A stretch of 57,359 bases of DNA from a bacterium (lineage in GTDB: Bacteria > SAR324 > XYD2-FULL-50-16): NCBI GenBank assembly GCA_032250835.1, contig JAVVEA010000003.1, positions 1-57,359 on the forward strand, written 5' to 3'. Positions 38,868 to 49,823 of the stretch are shown here, piece after piece (the stretch's first letter is position 1; every line of letters begins with the position of its first letter). The notes below the pieces were generated by a model, which was not told where the DNA came from, did not search any database, and saw nothing but the letters and a program-made list of their open reading frames with translations. The translations under genes and the position numbers were made by a program.

Positions 38868-40067
38868 ATGTCTAAGGAAACCTTTAAGCGCGATAAACCC
38901 CACGTTAACGTGGGCACCATCGGTCACGTTGACCATGGTAAAACCACCTTGACCGCAGCGATCACTAAGGTGGCCGCTATGCACGGCAGGGCAACGGCTA
39001 AGGCCTATGGCGATATTGACGGCGCTCCTGAAGAGCGTGAGCGCGGTATCACCATCGCCACCGCACACGTAGAATACCAGACTGAAAGCCGACACTATGC
39101 ACACGTCGACTGCCCTGGTCACGCTGACTACGTAAAAAACATGATCACCGGTGCTGCCCAGATGGACGGCGCGATCTTGGTGGTTTCGGCTGCTGACGGC
39201 CCGATGCCCCAGACCCGCGAGCACATCCTACTGGCTAAGCAGGTGGGCGTTCCTTACATCGTTGTCTTCCTGAACAAGGTTGACCAAGTAGATGACCCGG
39301 AATTGCTTGAATTGGTCGAAATGGAAATCCGCGAGTTGCTCAGCAGCTACGAATTCCCCGGTGACGATACCCCGATCATCAAAGGCACCGCCTTGGGTGT
39401 GATGGAATCAGCCTCGACCGACCCCGAAGCTCCCGAGTACGCTTGTATTAAAGAGTTGTTGGAATCGATCGATACCTACATCCCCCAGCCGGTACGCGAA
39501 ATCGACAAAGATTTCTTGATGCCCGTTGAGGATATCTTCTCGATCTCTGGTCGTGGCACCGTTGCTACGGGCCGTATCGAGCGCGGTATCGTTAAAGTTG
39601 GTGAGGAAATCGAGATCGTCGGTATCCGCCCCACCGTCAAGACCACCGTTACCGGTGTCGAGATGTTCCGCAAATTGTTGGACCGCGGTGAAGCTGGCGA
39701 CAACGTCGGCGTACTGCTGCGCGGTACCAAACGTGAAGACATTGAGCGCGGCCAAGTGCTTTGCAAGCCCGGCTCGATCACTCCTCACACCAAGTTCAAG
39801 GCTGAGGTTTATGTGTTGAGCAAAGACGAAGGTGGACGCCACACTCCGTTCTTTAGCAACTACCGCCCTCAGTTTTACTTCCGGACCACTGACGTGACCG
39901 GCTCCATCAAGCTGCCTGAAGGTATCGAGATGGTTATGCCCGGTGACAAGGTCTCTATGAGCGTCGAGCTGATTAGCACGATCGCCATGGAGCCCGGCCT
40001 CCGCTTCGCTATCCGCGAAGGTGGCCGTACCGTCGGTGCCGGTGCCATTTCAGAGATCATCGAGTAA
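38868..40067 (+). CDS. tuf: Elongation factor Tu
   Basis: [28 protein letters not shown] and [10 protein letters not shown]. Confidence 0.99.
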   Translation: MSKETFKRDKPHVNVGTIGHVDHGKTTLTAAITKVAAMHGRATAKAYGDIDGAPEERERGITIATAHVEYQTESRHYAHVDCPGHADYVKNMITGAAQMDGAILVVSAADGPMPQTREHILLAKQVGVPYIVVFLNKVDQVDDPELLELVEMEIRELLSSYEFPGDDTPIIKGTALGVMESASTDPEAPEYACIKELLESIDTYIPQPVREIDKDFLMPVEDIFSISGRGTVATGRIERGIVKVGEEIEIVGIRPTVKTTVTGVEMFRKLLDRGEAGDNVGVLLRGTKREDIERGQVLCKPGSITPHTKFKAEVYVLSKDEGGRHTPFFSNYRPQFYFRTTDVTGSIKLPEGIEMVMPGDKVSMSVELISTIAMEPGLRFAIREGGRTVGAGAISEIIE

Positions 40068-40078
40068 GGGACGACCTC

Positions 40079-40387
40079 ATGACCGAGAAGATCCGCGTCA
40101 ATTTCAAAGCCTTTGATCCCGAACAACTGGACAAGGCCGTGAAAGAGATCGTCTCGATCGTCAAGAGAACCGGGGCCAACGTAGTTGGCCCGATTCCCTT
40201 GCCGACCAAGAGACAACAGATCTGCGTGTTGCGCTCTCCCCATGTGGATAAAAAGAGCCGCGAGCAGTTCAAGATCGAAACGCACAAACGTTTGCTGTAT
40301 ATCACCAATACCACCGCGCAGACGATGGACAGCTTGATGAAGCTGGAAGTCTCGGCCGGTGTGAAGGTGGACATCAAGCTTAAGTAG
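40079..40387 (+). CDS. rpsJ: 30S ribosomal protein S10
   Basis: GPIPLPT and [13 protein letters not shown]. Confidence 0.97.
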   Translation: MTEKIRVNFKAFDPEQLDKAVKEIVSIVKRTGANVVGPIPLPTKRQQICVLRSPHVDKKSREQFKIETHKRLLYITNTTAQTMDSLMKLEVSAGVKVDIKLK

Positions 40388-40418
40388 GCTTGTCCTACCA
40401 TGACGATGTAAGGTATCC

Positions 40419-41042
40419 ATGGCATCCATTAATGTGGTGAACTTAAAAAACCAGGCAGCGGGGAACGTCGAATTGCACGACGACCTGGCCGCAGCTCCCT
40501 TGAATCCTTTTGTGATCAAGGACGCGGTTGTAGAGGTGATGGCGCGACGCCGCCAAGGCACCCACAAAGCCAAAAATCGCAACGAGGTTTCGGGTGCGCG
40601 TAAAAAGCTGTTCCGCCAAAAGGGGACCGGTAACGCACGCCAAGGTTATCCTCAGGCGCCTCATCGGCGTGGCGGTGGTGTGGTCTTCGGCCCCGTAGTA
40701 CGGGACCATTCGATCAAACTGAACAAGAAGGTCAAGAAAAAGGCCCTTTGTTCGGTGATCTCCGAGAAGATCCGCAACAACCAATTGATCATTGTTGATA
40801 GCCTTGCGCTGGAGAGCCATAAGACCAAGGACTTGGTCGCACTGCTCGAAGGAATGAAAATCACCCGCGCTTTGGTGGTCTTCAAGGACGAGGAACGCAA
40901 CTTCTCGCTGGCAGCAAGGAATCTGCCCCAAATCAGTCTGACTCACTTGAGTGGTCTGAACGTCTACGAAGCGCTGCGCCACGAACAACTAGTGGTGACC
41001 AAGGAAGCTTTGCTGGACATCGAAGGGAGGTTGTTGACATGA
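40419..41042 (+). CDS. rplD: 50S ribosomal protein L4
   Basis: RQGTHKAK, RQKGTGNAR and GGGVVFGP. Confidence 0.97.
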   Translation: MASINVVNLKNQAAGNVELHDDLAAAPLNPFVIKDAVVEVMARRRQGTHKAKNRNEVSGARKKLFRQKGTGNARQGYPQAPHRRGGGVVFGPVVRDHSIKLNKKVKKKALCSVISEKIRNNQLIIVDSLALESHKTKDLVALLEGMKITRALVVFKDEERNFSLAARNLPQISLTHLSGLNVYEALRHEQLVVTKEALLDIEGRLLT

Positions 41043-41329
41043 GAAGTCATTTTACGCTGATCAAACAGCCCCACATTACCGAGAAGGTACTGTTGATCAA
41101 AGAAGACCAGAATAAGGTGGTCTTTAAGGTCGCTCGCGAGGCCAACAAGGTGGAATTGAAAAAAGCCATCGAAAGTATCTTCGGCGTGACGGTGGAGAAT
41201 ATCCAGACCATCAACGTCAAAGGCAAGATCAAGCGGGTCGGTACGCGCTCAGGGAAGCGCGCCGACTGGAAGAAGGCCATCGTGACCCTAAAAGAGGGTG
41301 ACAGTATCGAATACTTCGAAGGCGCATAA
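41039..41329 (+). CDS. rplW: 50S ribosomal protein L23
   Basis: [17 protein letters not shown] and WKKAIVTL. Confidence 0.97.
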   Translation: MRSHFTLIKQPHITEKVLLIKEDQNKVVFKVAREANKVELKKAIESIFGVTVENIQTINVKGKIKRVGTRSGKRADWKKAIVTLKEGDSIEYFEGA

Positions 41330-41357
41330 CCGGCTTTACGAGGACGAAAGGACGGCA

Positions 41358-42188
41358 ATGAGCATCAAAAAATACAAACCTACCTCTCCTGGTCGACGGG
41401 GGATGAGCGTATCGGGCTTCGACGAGATCACCAAATCTACGCCGGAAAAATCCCTGCTCGCTCCGAAGACCCGCAAGAGTGGTCGCAACAATAATGGTCG
41501 GATCACCGTACGCCATATGGGCGGCGGCCATAAGCGCCGTTACCGCGTGGTCGACTTCAAACGCGACAAAGTTGGTGTCCCCGGTAAGGTAGTCGCTATC
41601 GAATACGACCCCAACCGGACGGCAAGGATCTGCCTGATCAATTATGCCGACGGCGAGAAACGCTACATCTTGGCCCCTAACGGGATCAAGATCGGCGAGA
41701 CGCTGGTCAGCGGTGAAGGCGCAGAAATCCGGGTGGGCAATGCCCTACCGGTTAAAAGTATCCCGATGGGTACCGAGATCCACAATATCGAGCTTAAGCC
41801 CCAAAAGGGCGGGCAGTTGGCGCGCAGCGCTGGTGCCTTTGCGACCTTGATGGCTAAAGAAGGCAATCTGGCTCAAATCAAGCTTCGCTCCGGCGAGGTT
41901 CGCTTGATCCACATGGATTGCATGGCCACCATCGGTCAGGTGGGTAACACGGACCACTCGTTGATTAAAAACGGCAAAGCAGGCAAGTCCCGCTGGCTGG
42001 GTGTACGCCCCACCGTTCGCGGTGTGGTTATGAACCCCGTTGACCACCCCCACGGCGGTGGTGAAGGCCGAACCTCTGGCGGTCGCCACCCGGTTTCACC
42101 CTGGGGCAAGCCGACCAAAGGCGCAAAGACTCGTAAGAACAAGCGGACCGACCGCTTTATTATCAGCCGTAAGAAAAAGTCAAAATAG
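41358..42188 (+). CDS. rplB: 50S ribosomal protein L2
   Basis: Start [18 protein letters not shown] and [13 protein letters not shown]. Confidence 0.98.
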   Translation: MSIKKYKPTSPGRRGMSVSGFDEITKSTPEKSLLAPKTRKSGRNNNGRITVRHMGGGHKRRYRVVDFKRDKVGVPGKVVAIEYDPNRTARICLINYADGEKRYILAPNGIKIGETLVSGEGAEIRVGNALPVKSIPMGTEIHNIELKPQKGGQLARSAGAFATLMAKEGNLAQIKLRSGEVRLIHMDCMATIGQVGNTDHSLIKNGKAGKSRWLGVRPTVRGVVMNPVDHPHGGGEGRTSGGRHPVSPWGKPTKGAKTRKNKRTDRFIISRKKKSK

Positions 42189-42197
42189 GAGAGACAA

Positions 42198-42479
42198 GTG
42201 CCTAGATCGCTGAAAAAAGGGCCCTTCGTCGACGAGCACCTCTATAAGAAGTGCGTGGCAGCCAAGGAGTCCAACGACCGCAAGGTGATTAAGACCTGGT
42301 CTCGACGGAGCGTAATTCTTCCCGATTTTGTCGGCCTTAACTTGGCTGTGCACAACGGCAAGCAGTTTTTGCCCCTTTTCGTGACCGAAAACATGGTAGG
42401 CCATAAGCTCGGAGAGTTTTCGCCGACCCGGACGTATCGGGGCCATATCTCCAAACAGGACAAACGCGGAAAGAAGTAA
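42198..42479 (+). CDS. rpsS: 30S ribosomal protein S19
   Basis: [10 protein letters not shown] and [11 protein letters not shown]. Confidence 0.98.
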   Translation: MPRSLKKGPFVDEHLYKKCVAAKESNDRKVIKTWSRRSVILPDFVGLNLAVHNGKQFLPLFVTENMVGHKLGEFSPTRTYRGHISKQDKRGKK

Positions 42480-42482
42480 GTC

Positions 42483-42830
42483 ATGGCTAATCAAAAAAGC
42501 AACATTGCGACGGCTAGCATGATCGATGCGCGCGTCTCAGCGCGCAAAGCCCGCATGGTCATTGATCAGATCCGCGGGATGCAAGTCGCCAAAGCTCTGG
42601 CCACCCTGGAGAACACCCGCCGGGCGGCCAATCCGATCGTACAAAAGGTGTTGCAGTCCGCCGTGGCTAACGCCGTCCAAAAAGACGGCTCGGTCAACGT
42701 CGAAGACTTGATCATCACTGAAGCAAGGGTCGACCAGGGCCGCCAACTCAAGCGCATGCGTGCACGTGCTATGGGTCGTGGCATGATGGTCCGCAAAAAG
42801 ACCAGCCACATCCGGCTTTCCGTTGGTTAA
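42483..42830 (+). CDS. rplV: 50S ribosomal protein L22
   Basis: [17 protein letters not shown] and RARAMGR...TSHI. Confidence 0.96.
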   Translation: MANQKSNIATASMIDARVSARKARMVIDQIRGMQVAKALATLENTRRAANPIVQKVLQSAVANAVQKDGSVNVEDLIITEARVDQGRQLKRMRARAMGRGMMVRKKTSHIRLSVG

Positions 42831-42853
42831 CCCGAAGAGTTAAGGAGAAGGTT

Positions 42854-43543
42854 TTGGGACAGAAAGTAAACCCCATCGGGCTCAGACTGGGCATCAATCG
42901 GAGCTGGGAATCCAGCTGGTACGCAGAAAAAGACTATGCGTCCATGCTCCAGGAAGACTTTAAGATCACCGACTATATCCGCAACAACCTGCGTCATGCA
43001 GGGGTTGCTAAAGTCGAGATCGAACGCGCTGCGAAGAACCTAAAGGTCTTCGTACACGCCGCACGGCCCGGTATCATTATCGGCCGCAAAGGCGAAGAAG
43101 CCGAAAAAGTCAAAAATAGTTTGGCTCGTTTGGTCCAGAAGAAAGATCTGGTACTAAACATCAAAGAAATCCGCCGACCCGAAACGGAGGCCCAATTGGT
43201 CGCCGATTCGATTGCCCAACAGCTGGAACGCCGTGTGGCTTTCCGCCGGGTGATGAAAAAGACCTTGCAAAACGTGATGCGCTACAACGTGTCTGGTTGC
43301 AAGATCATGGTCGCTGGTCGTTTAAATGGCGCTGAGATGGCTCGCCGCGAGTGGATCCACGAAGGTCGGGTTCCTCTTCATACCCTGAAGGCAGACATCG
43401 ACTACGCCGTATGTGAAGCCAAAACCGTTTACGGCATCATTGGTGTCAAGGTTTGGATCTTTAAAGAAAATAAAGCAGGTGCCCAGCCGGCCCAAGCGCC
43501 GATGAAGCGCCGCAAGCGTAAGCCCGCAGGCAAGGAGAACTAG
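42854..43543 (+). CDS. rpsC: 30S ribosomal protein S3
   Basis: [12 protein letters not shown] and GRVPLHTL. Confidence 0.98.
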   Translation: MGQKVNPIGLRLGINRSWESSWYAEKDYASMLQEDFKITDYIRNNLRHAGVAKVEIERAAKNLKVFVHAARPGIIIGRKGEEAEKVKNSLARLVQKKDLVLNIKEIRRPETEAQLVADSIAQQLERRVAFRRVMKKTLQNVMRYNVSGCKIMVAGRLNGAEMARREWIHEGRVPLHTLKADIDYAVCEAKTVYGIIGVKVWIFKENKAGAQPAQAPMKRRKRKPAGKEN

Positions 43544-43545
43544 CC

Positions 43546-43956
43546 ATGTTGTTGCCATCGAGGACCAAATATCGAAAGTGTCAGAAGGGCCGCAACCGAG
43601 GCGAGGCCACCCGCGGCAATAGGATTAACTTCGGCACCATAGCCATCCAGGCGACCAGTCGCGGTTTCGTGACCAGCCGCCAAATCGAGGCTAGCCGACG
43701 TGCCATGACCCGCTACGTAAAGCGCGATGGCAAGATTTGGATCCGCATCTTCCCGGATAAGCCGATCACCGCCAAGCCCGCTGAAACCCGGATGGGTAAA
43801 GGTAAGGGTTCGGTTGATCACTGGGTAGCGGTTATCAAGCCCGGACGGATTCTTTTTGAGATCGACGGTGTCGATCCCGAGAAGGCTAAAGAAGCATTCC
43901 GCCTGGCCCAACATAAACTTCCGGTGAAGACCACCATCATTACCAGGGAGGACTAG
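43546..43956 (+). CDS. rplP: 50S ribosomal protein L16
   Basis: WIRIFPDKP and RMGKGKG. Confidence 0.98.
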   Translation: MLLPSRTKYRKCQKGRNRGEATRGNRINFGTIAIQATSRGFVTSRQIEASRRAMTRYVKRDGKIWIRIFPDKPITAKPAETRMGKGKGSVDHWVAVIKPGRILFEIDGVDPEKAKEAFRLAQHKLPVKTTIITRED

Positions 43957-43958
43957 CG

Positions 43959-44156
43959 ATGAAAGCTAGCGAGTTAAGGGGCCTCTCGGAGGCTGAACTA
44001 CAAGCTAAGATTGTAGGCCTAGAAGAAAATCTGTTTAAGCTCAACTGCAACAAGACGTTGGGCCAGCTCGAGGACACCTCGGCGATCACCAAAGCCCGTC
44101 GTGCCATTGCTCGGGCCAAGACGATCAAACGCGAATTTGAGCTTAAGAAGGATTAA
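43959..44156 (+). CDS. rpmC: 50S ribosomal protein L29
   Basis: MKASELR...RRAIARAKT; operon position. Confidence 0.93.
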   Translation: MKASELRGLSEAELQAKIVGLEENLFKLNCNKTLGQLEDTSAITKARRAIARAKTIKREFELKKD

Positions 44157-44161
44157 GAGCC

Positions 44162-44431
44162 ATGAGCGAAATGAAACAGGTTGAGCGCCGCAAAAAGGTA
44201 CTCAACGGTACGGTGGTCAGCGACAAGATGGAAAAAACCGCAACTATTTTAGTAGAGCGGACTTTCCAGCACAAGCTTTACAAGCGGACAGTACGCAAGA
44301 CCAAGAAGTACAAGATTCACGACGAAAATAACGAGTGCCGCATGGGTGACCGCGTACGGCTGATCGAGTGTAAACCCATCAGCAAAGACAAGTGCTGGCG
44401 GTTGCTCGAAATCGTAGAACGGGCGGTCTAA
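44162..44431 (+). CDS. rpsQ: 30S ribosomal protein S17
   Basis: GTVVSDKMEKT, HDENN and PISKDK. Confidence 0.97.
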   Translation: MSEMKQVERRKKVLNGTVVSDKMEKTATILVERTFQHKLYKRTVRKTKKYKIHDENNECRMGDRVRLIECKPISKDKCWRLLEIVERAV

Positions 44432-44458
44432 GCCTGGTTTTGAACGGAGTTTGAACCA

Positions 44459-44827
44459 ATGATCCAAGCAGAATCTCGTATCCCGGTGGCCGATAACTCG
44501 GGCGCTAAGGTGATCATGTGCATCAAGGTGCTAGGCGGCTCACACCGGCGCTACGCCCACCCCGGCGACGTTATCGTCGCCTCGGTGAAGCAGGCCACGC
44601 CCCAGGGCAAGGTCAAGTCAGGTGATGTGGTAAAGGCGGTGATCGTTAGAACCGCTTACCCGACCCAGCGCCCCGACGGCAGTGTGATCCGTTTTGACAA
44701 TAACGCCGCGGTCCTTTTGACCGCTAAAGGCGAGCCTATTGGCACCCGGATCTTCGGTCCCGTTGCCCGCGAATTGCGCGCCAAAAACTTCATGAAGATC
44801 GTATCTTTGGCCCCCGAAGTGGTCTAA
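44459..44827 (+). CDS. rplN: 50S ribosomal protein L14
   Basis: [15 protein letters not shown] and SLAPEV. Confidence 0.98.
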   Translation: MIQAESRIPVADNSGAKVIMCIKVLGGSHRRYAHPGDVIVASVKQATPQGKVKSGDVVKAVIVRTAYPTQRPDGSVIRFDNNAAVLLTAKGEPIGTRIFGPVARELRAKNFMKIVSLAPEVV

Positions 44828-44842
44828 GACCGAAGAGGATAG

Positions 44843-45184
44843 ATGAATAAGCAAGAAGCAAAAACCAAGTTCAAACTGCTCATTAAAAAGGGCGATTTGG
44901 TACAGGTGATCTCAGGAAAAGACAAAGGCACTACCGGCAAAGTCCTTAAAGTGGACCGCGTCAAGCAGCGCATCTTGGTCGAAGGGGTCAACATTGTGAC
45001 CAAACACGTCAAGCCGGGACAGGCTGGGCAGGAAGGCCGCATCGACAAGTTCGAGGCCCCCATTCATTACTCGAACGTGCTGCTCTATTGCGAAAAGAGC
45101 GGTCGGGGCGAAAGGTTAAAGGTGACGACTGACGGGGACAAAAAGACCCGAGTCTTCGCTAAATCGAACATCCCAGCAGACTAA
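44843..45184 (+). CDS. rplX: 50S ribosomal protein L24
   Basis: KKGDLVQVISGKDKG and EAPIHYSNV. Confidence 0.97.
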   Translation: MNKQEAKTKFKLLIKKGDLVQVISGKDKGTTGKVLKVDRVKQRILVEGVNIVTKHVKPGQAGQEGRIDKFEAPIHYSNVLLYCEKSGRGERLKVTTDGDKKTRVFAKSNIPAD

Positions 45185-45196
45185 CCGAGGTAGGAC

Positions 45197-45736
45197 GTGT
45201 CAAGGCTACAGGAAAAATACAAAGCCGAAGTGGTTCCTGCTCTGAAGGACCAGTTTGGTTACAAGAACGCCCACCAAGTGCCCAAGATCACCAAAATCGT
45301 GATCAATACCGGGGCCGGTGAAGCCGTTCAAAACGTAAAGGTGCTCGATACGATCGCCGAATACACCGCTGCCATCACCGGCCAAAGGCCTGTGCAGCGT
45401 AAGGCCAAGAAGTCTATCGCCGGTTTTAAACTGCGCGAAGGCCACCCCATTGGGGTGATGGTTACCTTGCGTCGCCAGCGGATGTATGACTTCTTAGACC
45501 GTTTGATCTCTACGGCCCTACCTAGGGTGCGCGACTTTAAGGGCATCAGCCCGCGCGCCTTTGATGGTCGTGGCAATTATTCTTTGGGCATTAAAGAACA
45601 ATTGGTGTTCACCGAAGTTGAGTACGACAAGATCGACAAAGTTCGAGGTATGAACATCACTATCGTCACCACCGCCAAGAACGACGAGGAAGCTCGCGCG
45701 CTCTTAGCGGAATTGGGACTCCCTTTCAGAAAGTAG
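45197..45736 (+). CDS. rplE: 50S ribosomal protein L5
   Basis: PRVRDFKG and FDGRGNY. Confidence 0.98.
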   Translation: MSRLQEKYKAEVVPALKDQFGYKNAHQVPKITKIVINTGAGEAVQNVKVLDTIAEYTAAITGQRPVQRKAKKSIAGFKLREGHPIGVMVTLRRQRMYDFLDRLISTALPRVRDFKGISPRAFDGRGNYSLGIKEQLVFTEVEYDKIDKVRGMNITIVTTAKNDEEARALLAELGLPFRK

Positions 45737-45740
45737 AGTT

Positions 45741-45926
45741 ATGGCTAAGAAGTCGGCAATCGCCAAGGCCAAAAGGCCCTCAAAGTTCAAGGTTCGCCAG
45801 CACAACCGCTGCTCCAGCTGTGGTCGTCCCCGCGGATATATCCGCAAATTCGGTTTGTGCCGAATCTGTTTCCGCAAGCGCGCCGGTTTTGGGCAGCTTC
45901 CGGGTGTTCTCAAGTCGAGCTGGTAA
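45741..45926 (+). CDS. rpsN: 30S ribosomal protein S14, Zn-binding type Z
   Basis: 61 aa; RCSSCGRP...LCRICFR. Confidence 0.96.
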   Translation: MAKKSAIAKAKRPSKFKVRQHNRCSSCGRPRGYIRKFGLCRICFRKRAGFGQLPGVLKSSW

Positions 45927-45956
45927 CCGAAAGTTTGTTAGAAGCGGAGTAAAAAT

Positions 45957-46355
45957 ATGTCCATGTCGGATCCTATTGCGGATATGCTCACACGCATCCG
46001 CAACGCCATCCTGCGCGAGCATCGGGCGGTGTCCATTCCCTTTTCCAAAATAAAAGAAAGCATCGCACAGGTGCTTAAGGAAGAGGGTTTCGTATTAGAC
46101 TATTCGATTGAGGATGCCCCTGTGGGTAAAAACCTCACCGTTGCGTTGAAGTACGACAATAAAGGTGATTCGGTGATCCGAAAGATCGACCGGATTTCCA
46201 AGCCTGGTTTGCGCATCCATAAGGGTGTCGATGAGCTAAAGCCTTTGATGAACGGTCAGGGCATTTTTATTGTCTCCACCTCTAGGGGCGTCTTGTCCGA
46301 CAACCTCTGCCGAAAGCAGCAGGTCGGCGGGGAAGTGCTCTGTGCCGTATACTAA
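45957..46355 (+). CDS. rpsH: 30S ribosomal protein S8
   Basis: DPIADMLTRIRN, SKPGLR and GGEV. Confidence 0.98.
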   Translation: MSMSDPIADMLTRIRNAILREHRAVSIPFSKIKESIAQVLKEEGFVLDYSIEDAPVGKNLTVALKYDNKGDSVIRKIDRISKPGLRIHKGVDELKPLMNGQGIFIVSTSRGVLSDNLCRKQQVGGEVLCAVY

Positions 46356-46379
46356 TCGTCTGAGATAAGGAGAGAGACC

Positions 46380-46925
46380 ATGTCCCGACTAGGAAAGCTG
46401 CCTGTAACCTTCGACTCGAAGGTCCAGGCTAGTTTCAAGGATCAGGTATTGACCATCAAGGGCCCCATTGGGGAGTTGACCTATAAGGTTCCCGTAGAAG
46501 TCAAACTGGTTCTGGGCAAGGAAGATATTAAGGTGGAGGTTGATTTTGCCGACACCCATATGCGCACCCAAGGCGGAACTGCCCGCGCATTGATTAAAAA
46601 CATGGTCGAAGGCGTGACCCAAGGTTTCGAAAAGAAACTGGAGTTGGTCGGCGTTGGTTACCGTGCCCAAGTGGCTGGTCAAAAATTGACCTTGAGTCTA
46701 GGTTATTCGCACCCTATTGAGTACGAATTGCCTAAGCACATCAAAGCTCAGGTCGACGCCAACACCAAGATCACTCTGAACAGCCCTGACAAGCAGTCGC
46801 TAGGTCAGGTTTGCGCCGAGATCAGGAAATTCCGGCCCCCCGAGCCCTACAAAGGCAAAGGCATTTTATTCGCCGGTGAACGTATCCGCCGCAAAGCCGG
46901 TAAAACCGGTAAAGGCGCGAAATAA
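46380..46925 (+). CDS. rplF: 50S ribosomal protein L6
   Basis: SRLGKLP, GVGYRA and PEPYKGKG. Confidence 0.98.
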   Translation: MSRLGKLPVTFDSKVQASFKDQVLTIKGPIGELTYKVPVEVKLVLGKEDIKVEVDFADTHMRTQGGTARALIKNMVEGVTQGFEKKLELVGVGYRAQVAGQKLTLSLGYSHPIEYELPKHIKAQVDANTKITLNSPDKQSLGQVCAEIRKFRPPEPYKGKGILFAGERIRRKAGKTGKGAK

Positions 46926-46945
46926 GGTAATCCATCAAGGGCAAC

Positions 46946-47311
46946 ATGGAAGCTTCAGAAAAAAGAATCCAGACCCGGACGCGCAAAAAAGCGCAGATCC
47001 GCAGGAAAATCTGGGGTACTGCCGACGCCCCTCGGGTCAGCGTGTTCCGGAGTACCAAACACATCTACGTGCAGGCCATCGACGACGAGCAAGGGGTAAC
47101 CCTGGCGGCCAGCTCGAGCTTGGACCCCAAGGCCGGTCTCAAGGGCAAGGGCGGAAACGCCAGTGCAGCCGGGTTAGTCGGCAAGGCACTGGGCGAATTG
47201 CTCAAGTCCAAAGGCGTCCAGTCTATCGTCTTCGACCGCAACGGATATGTCTATCACGGCCGCGTCAAAAGCTTGGCCGAGGGGATCCGCGAGTCGGGTA
47301 TCCAGTTTTAA
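46946..47311 (+). CDS. rplR: 50S ribosomal protein L18
   Basis: PRVSVFRS and [12 protein letters not shown]. Confidence 0.97.
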   Translation: MEASEKRIQTRTRKKAQIRRKIWGTADAPRVSVFRSTKHIYVQAIDDEQGVTLAASSSLDPKAGLKGKGGNASAAGLVGKALGELLKSKGVQSIVFDRNGYVYHGRVKSLAEGIRESGIQF

Positions 47312-47332
47312 CAAACGTACCGGGAGAGAGTT

Positions 47333-47845
47333 TTGGCTGAAAGAGCTGAAAGAGAAAAAAGCGAATTCATTGAGAAGGTCATTGAAGTCAAGCGCGTGTC
47401 CAAGGTGGTCAAAGGTGGCCGCCGGTTTAGCTTCAGCGCCCTAGTCGTCGTAGGTGACGGCAAAGGACGCGTCGGCTTTGGCATGGGTAAGGCCAACGAA
47501 GTGATCGAAGCAGTTCGCAAAGGTACCGAGCAGGGGAAAAAGTCTATGAAGGCTTACCCGCTCTACAAGAACACCATCCCGCATCGGGTTTACGGCCACC
47601 ACGGAGCTTCTAAAGTTCTGATGCAGCCGGGCCCTCCGGGTTCTGGTATCATTTCTGCCGGTCCTGTACGTGCCGTTGTGGAAGCCCTTGGCATCCATGA
47701 CATCAACGTTAAGGCGCTGGGTTCGACCAACGCGCACAACTTGGTGCGCTCCGCAATCGACGGGCTGGCTCAGCTTTCGTCTTTCGCGTCAGTAGCCGAA
47801 CGCCGCGGTAAAGCAGTCGAAGATATCTGTAGCATGGAGTATTGA
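47333..47845 (+). CDS. rpsE: 30S ribosomal protein S5
   Basis: [19 protein letters not shown]. Confidence 0.98.
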   Translation: MAERAEREKSEFIEKVIEVKRVSKVVKGGRRFSFSALVVVGDGKGRVGFGMGKANEVIEAVRKGTEQGKKSMKAYPLYKNTIPHRVYGHHGASKVLMQPGPPGSGIISAGPVRAVVEALGIHDINVKALGSTNAHNLVRSAIDGLAQLSSFASVAERRGKAVEDICSMEY

Positions 47846-47847
47846 TC

Positions 47848-48030
47848 ATGGCTCAGCAGATCAAAGTCACCTTGAAGCGCGCCTTAGCTGGCGGCAACAA
47901 GAAGCAACAGGAAAACCTCAAAGGCTTGGGCCTCAAAAAAATCCGCCAAGAGCGGGTTTTGGTCGATAGCCCCGAGGTTCGCGGCATGATCCGCAAGGTC
48001 TCGCACATGGTCGAGGTCGAAACCCTCTAA
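47848..48030 (+). CDS. rpmD: 50S ribosomal protein L30
   Basis: LKGLGLKK and RGMIRKVSHMV; start placed at ATG 47848. Confidence 0.95.
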   Translation: MAQQIKVTLKRALAGGNKKQQENLKGLGLKKIRQERVLVDSPEVRGMIRKVSHMVEVETL

Positions 48031-48044
48031 TCGAAAGAATTAAG

Positions 48045-48497
48045 ATGCTGCACAGACTTGAAAACGCTCCTGGTGCCCGTAAGGCACGCAAGCGGGTTGG
48101 CCGTGGTCCCGGATCGGGAACTGGCAAGACCTCAGGGCGGGGACATAAAGGTTATCTATCTCGTTCGGGTTCTAAACACCGGATTGGTTTCGAAGGCGGT
48201 CAAATGCCTTTGCACATGCGCCTACCTAAGCGCGGTTTCACCAACATCTTCCGCAAGGAATTTGTGATCGTGAACTTAGGGGACATTGCCAAATCTGAGA
48301 AATTAGACAAGAGCCAGCAGATCACTCAAGAAGCTTTGTTAGCCGCTGGCTTGATTGCCAAGGGTGATGGACGCTTGAAGGTCTTAGGCAACGGCGAGAT
48401 CAGCGAAGCAATTAAGATTGAAGCCCACAAGTTTAGTGCCTCTGCTGCAGCTAAGATCAATGCAGCCGGCGGAAAAGCGATCCAGCTGGAGAGCTAA
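48045..48497 (+). CDS. rplO: 50S ribosomal protein L15
   Basis: RVGRGPGSG and FEGGQMPL..RLPKRGF. Confidence 0.98.
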   Translation: MLHRLENAPGARKARKRVGRGPGSGTGKTSGRGHKGYLSRSGSKHRIGFEGGQMPLHMRLPKRGFTNIFRKEFVIVNLGDIAKSEKLDKSQQITQEALLAAGLIAKGDGRLKVLGNGEISEAIKIEAHKFSASAAAKINAAGGKAIQLES

Positions 48498-48500
48498 TCC

Positions 48501-49814
48501 ATGCTTGAGGTCTTCAAGAACATCCTGAAGGTCGAAGATCTGCGCAAGCGGATCATCTTTGCTTTGGGCATGCTCGTCATATTCCGCATTGGTGCCCACA
48601 TCCCAGTCCCCGGTATTGATTCGGCGGCTCTAGGAGAGTTTTTCGCGGCTAATGCCAAGGGCCTTTTGGGCCATTTGGATATGTTCAGCGGCGGCGCCAT
48701 GAGCAACATGACGATCTTCGCTTTAGGCGTAATGCCTTATATTTCGGCGTCGATCATCATCCAGTTACTGACTGCGGTTTTTCCCGCCTTGGAACGCTTG
48801 CAGAAAGAAGGCGACTCAGGCCGACGCAAGATCACCCAATATACCCGCTATGGCACCATTGTCTTGGCTATCATCCAGGGCTACGGCATCGCTGTTGGCC
48901 TCGAGTCGATGGGCTTAGGCGGGAATAAGGTGGTCATGTCCGGTATGAGTAGCTGGTTTTTTCGTTTCTTGACCGTCTTGACCCTAACAGCCGGTACGGC
49001 CTTCGTTATGTGGTTAGGCGAGCAGATTAGCGAGCGCGGGATCGGCAACGGCATCAGCTTGATTATCTTTGCAGGCATCGTTACCGGCGTACCGGCCGCG
49101 ACCCTGCAAACCGCCTCTTTGATGCAGACAGGTGAGATCAGCCTCTTCGTAGCGCTCTTAGTAGGGGCGATTATTGTGGTGGTGATCGGTAGTGTGATTT
49201 TCTTTGAGACCGCCAATCGAAAGTTACCGGTCCAGTATGCCAAGCGGCAGCAGGGCAACCGGATGGTGGGCGGCCAATACAGCCATCTGCCGCTGAAAAT
49301 TAACGCAGCAGGGGTGATCCCGCCGATCTTCGCCTCTAGTTTGTTGGCCTTTCCGGCAACCATCACCGGTTTCACCCAGATTGAATGGGTGCAAAACCTA
49401 GGGGATCAACTCACCCCGGGTCGGTTGCTTTACAACATTGTCTTTGTGGCGCTGATCTTTTTCTTCTGCTTCTTTTATACGGCGATCCAGTATAATCCGA
49501 TCAAGATTGCCGAAGAATTGAAGCGGCATGGTGGGTTTATCCCAGGCATCCGTCCGGGCAACAAGACAGCCGAATACATCAACCTGGTGTTGACCCGGCT
49601 GACCTTTGGCGGTGCAATTTATCTCTCGGTGATCTGTGTGTTGCCGAGTATCCTCTACGTCTACTTTAAGGTGCCCTTCTCCTTCGGGGGTACGGCGGTG
49701 CTTATCGTGGTGGGTGTGGCCTTAGATTTGGTGATGCAGATCGAAACGCATCTGCTGAACCAGAACTACGACGGTTTCATCAAGAAGAGTAAGAAACGCC
49801 GCCGTCAGTACTAA
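48501..49814 (+). CDS. secY: Preprotein translocase subunit SecY
   Basis: FALGVMPYISASII, GIGNGISLIIF, AGVIPPIFA and IPGIRPG. Confidence 0.99.
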   Translation: MLEVFKNILKVEDLRKRIIFALGMLVIFRIGAHIPVPGIDSAALGEFFAANAKGLLGHLDMFSGGAMSNMTIFALGVMPYISASIIIQLLTAVFPALERLQKEGDSGRRKITQYTRYGTIVLAIIQGYGIAVGLESMGLGGNKVVMSGMSSWFFRFLTVLTLTAGTAFVMWLGEQISERGIGNGISLIIFAGIVTGVPAATLQTASLMQTGEISLFVALLVGAIIVVVIGSVIFFETANRKLPVQYAKRQQGNRMVGGQYSHLPLKINAAGVIPPIFASSLLAFPATITGFTQIEWVQNLGDQLTPGRLLYNIVFVALIFFFCFFYTAIQYNPIKIAEELKRHGGFIPGIRPGNKTAEYINLVLTRLTFGGAIYLSVICVLPSILYVYFKVPFSFGGTAVLIVVGVALDLVMQIETHLLNQNYDGFIKKSKKRRRQY

Positions 49815-49823
49815 CAGAGGCCC

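Noticed and set aside
39875-40582. 235-aa minus-strand ORF spanning the site where rplC is missing
   Set aside because: It is antisense to tuf, rpsJ and rplD and has no L3 motifs; it is not an inverted rplC.
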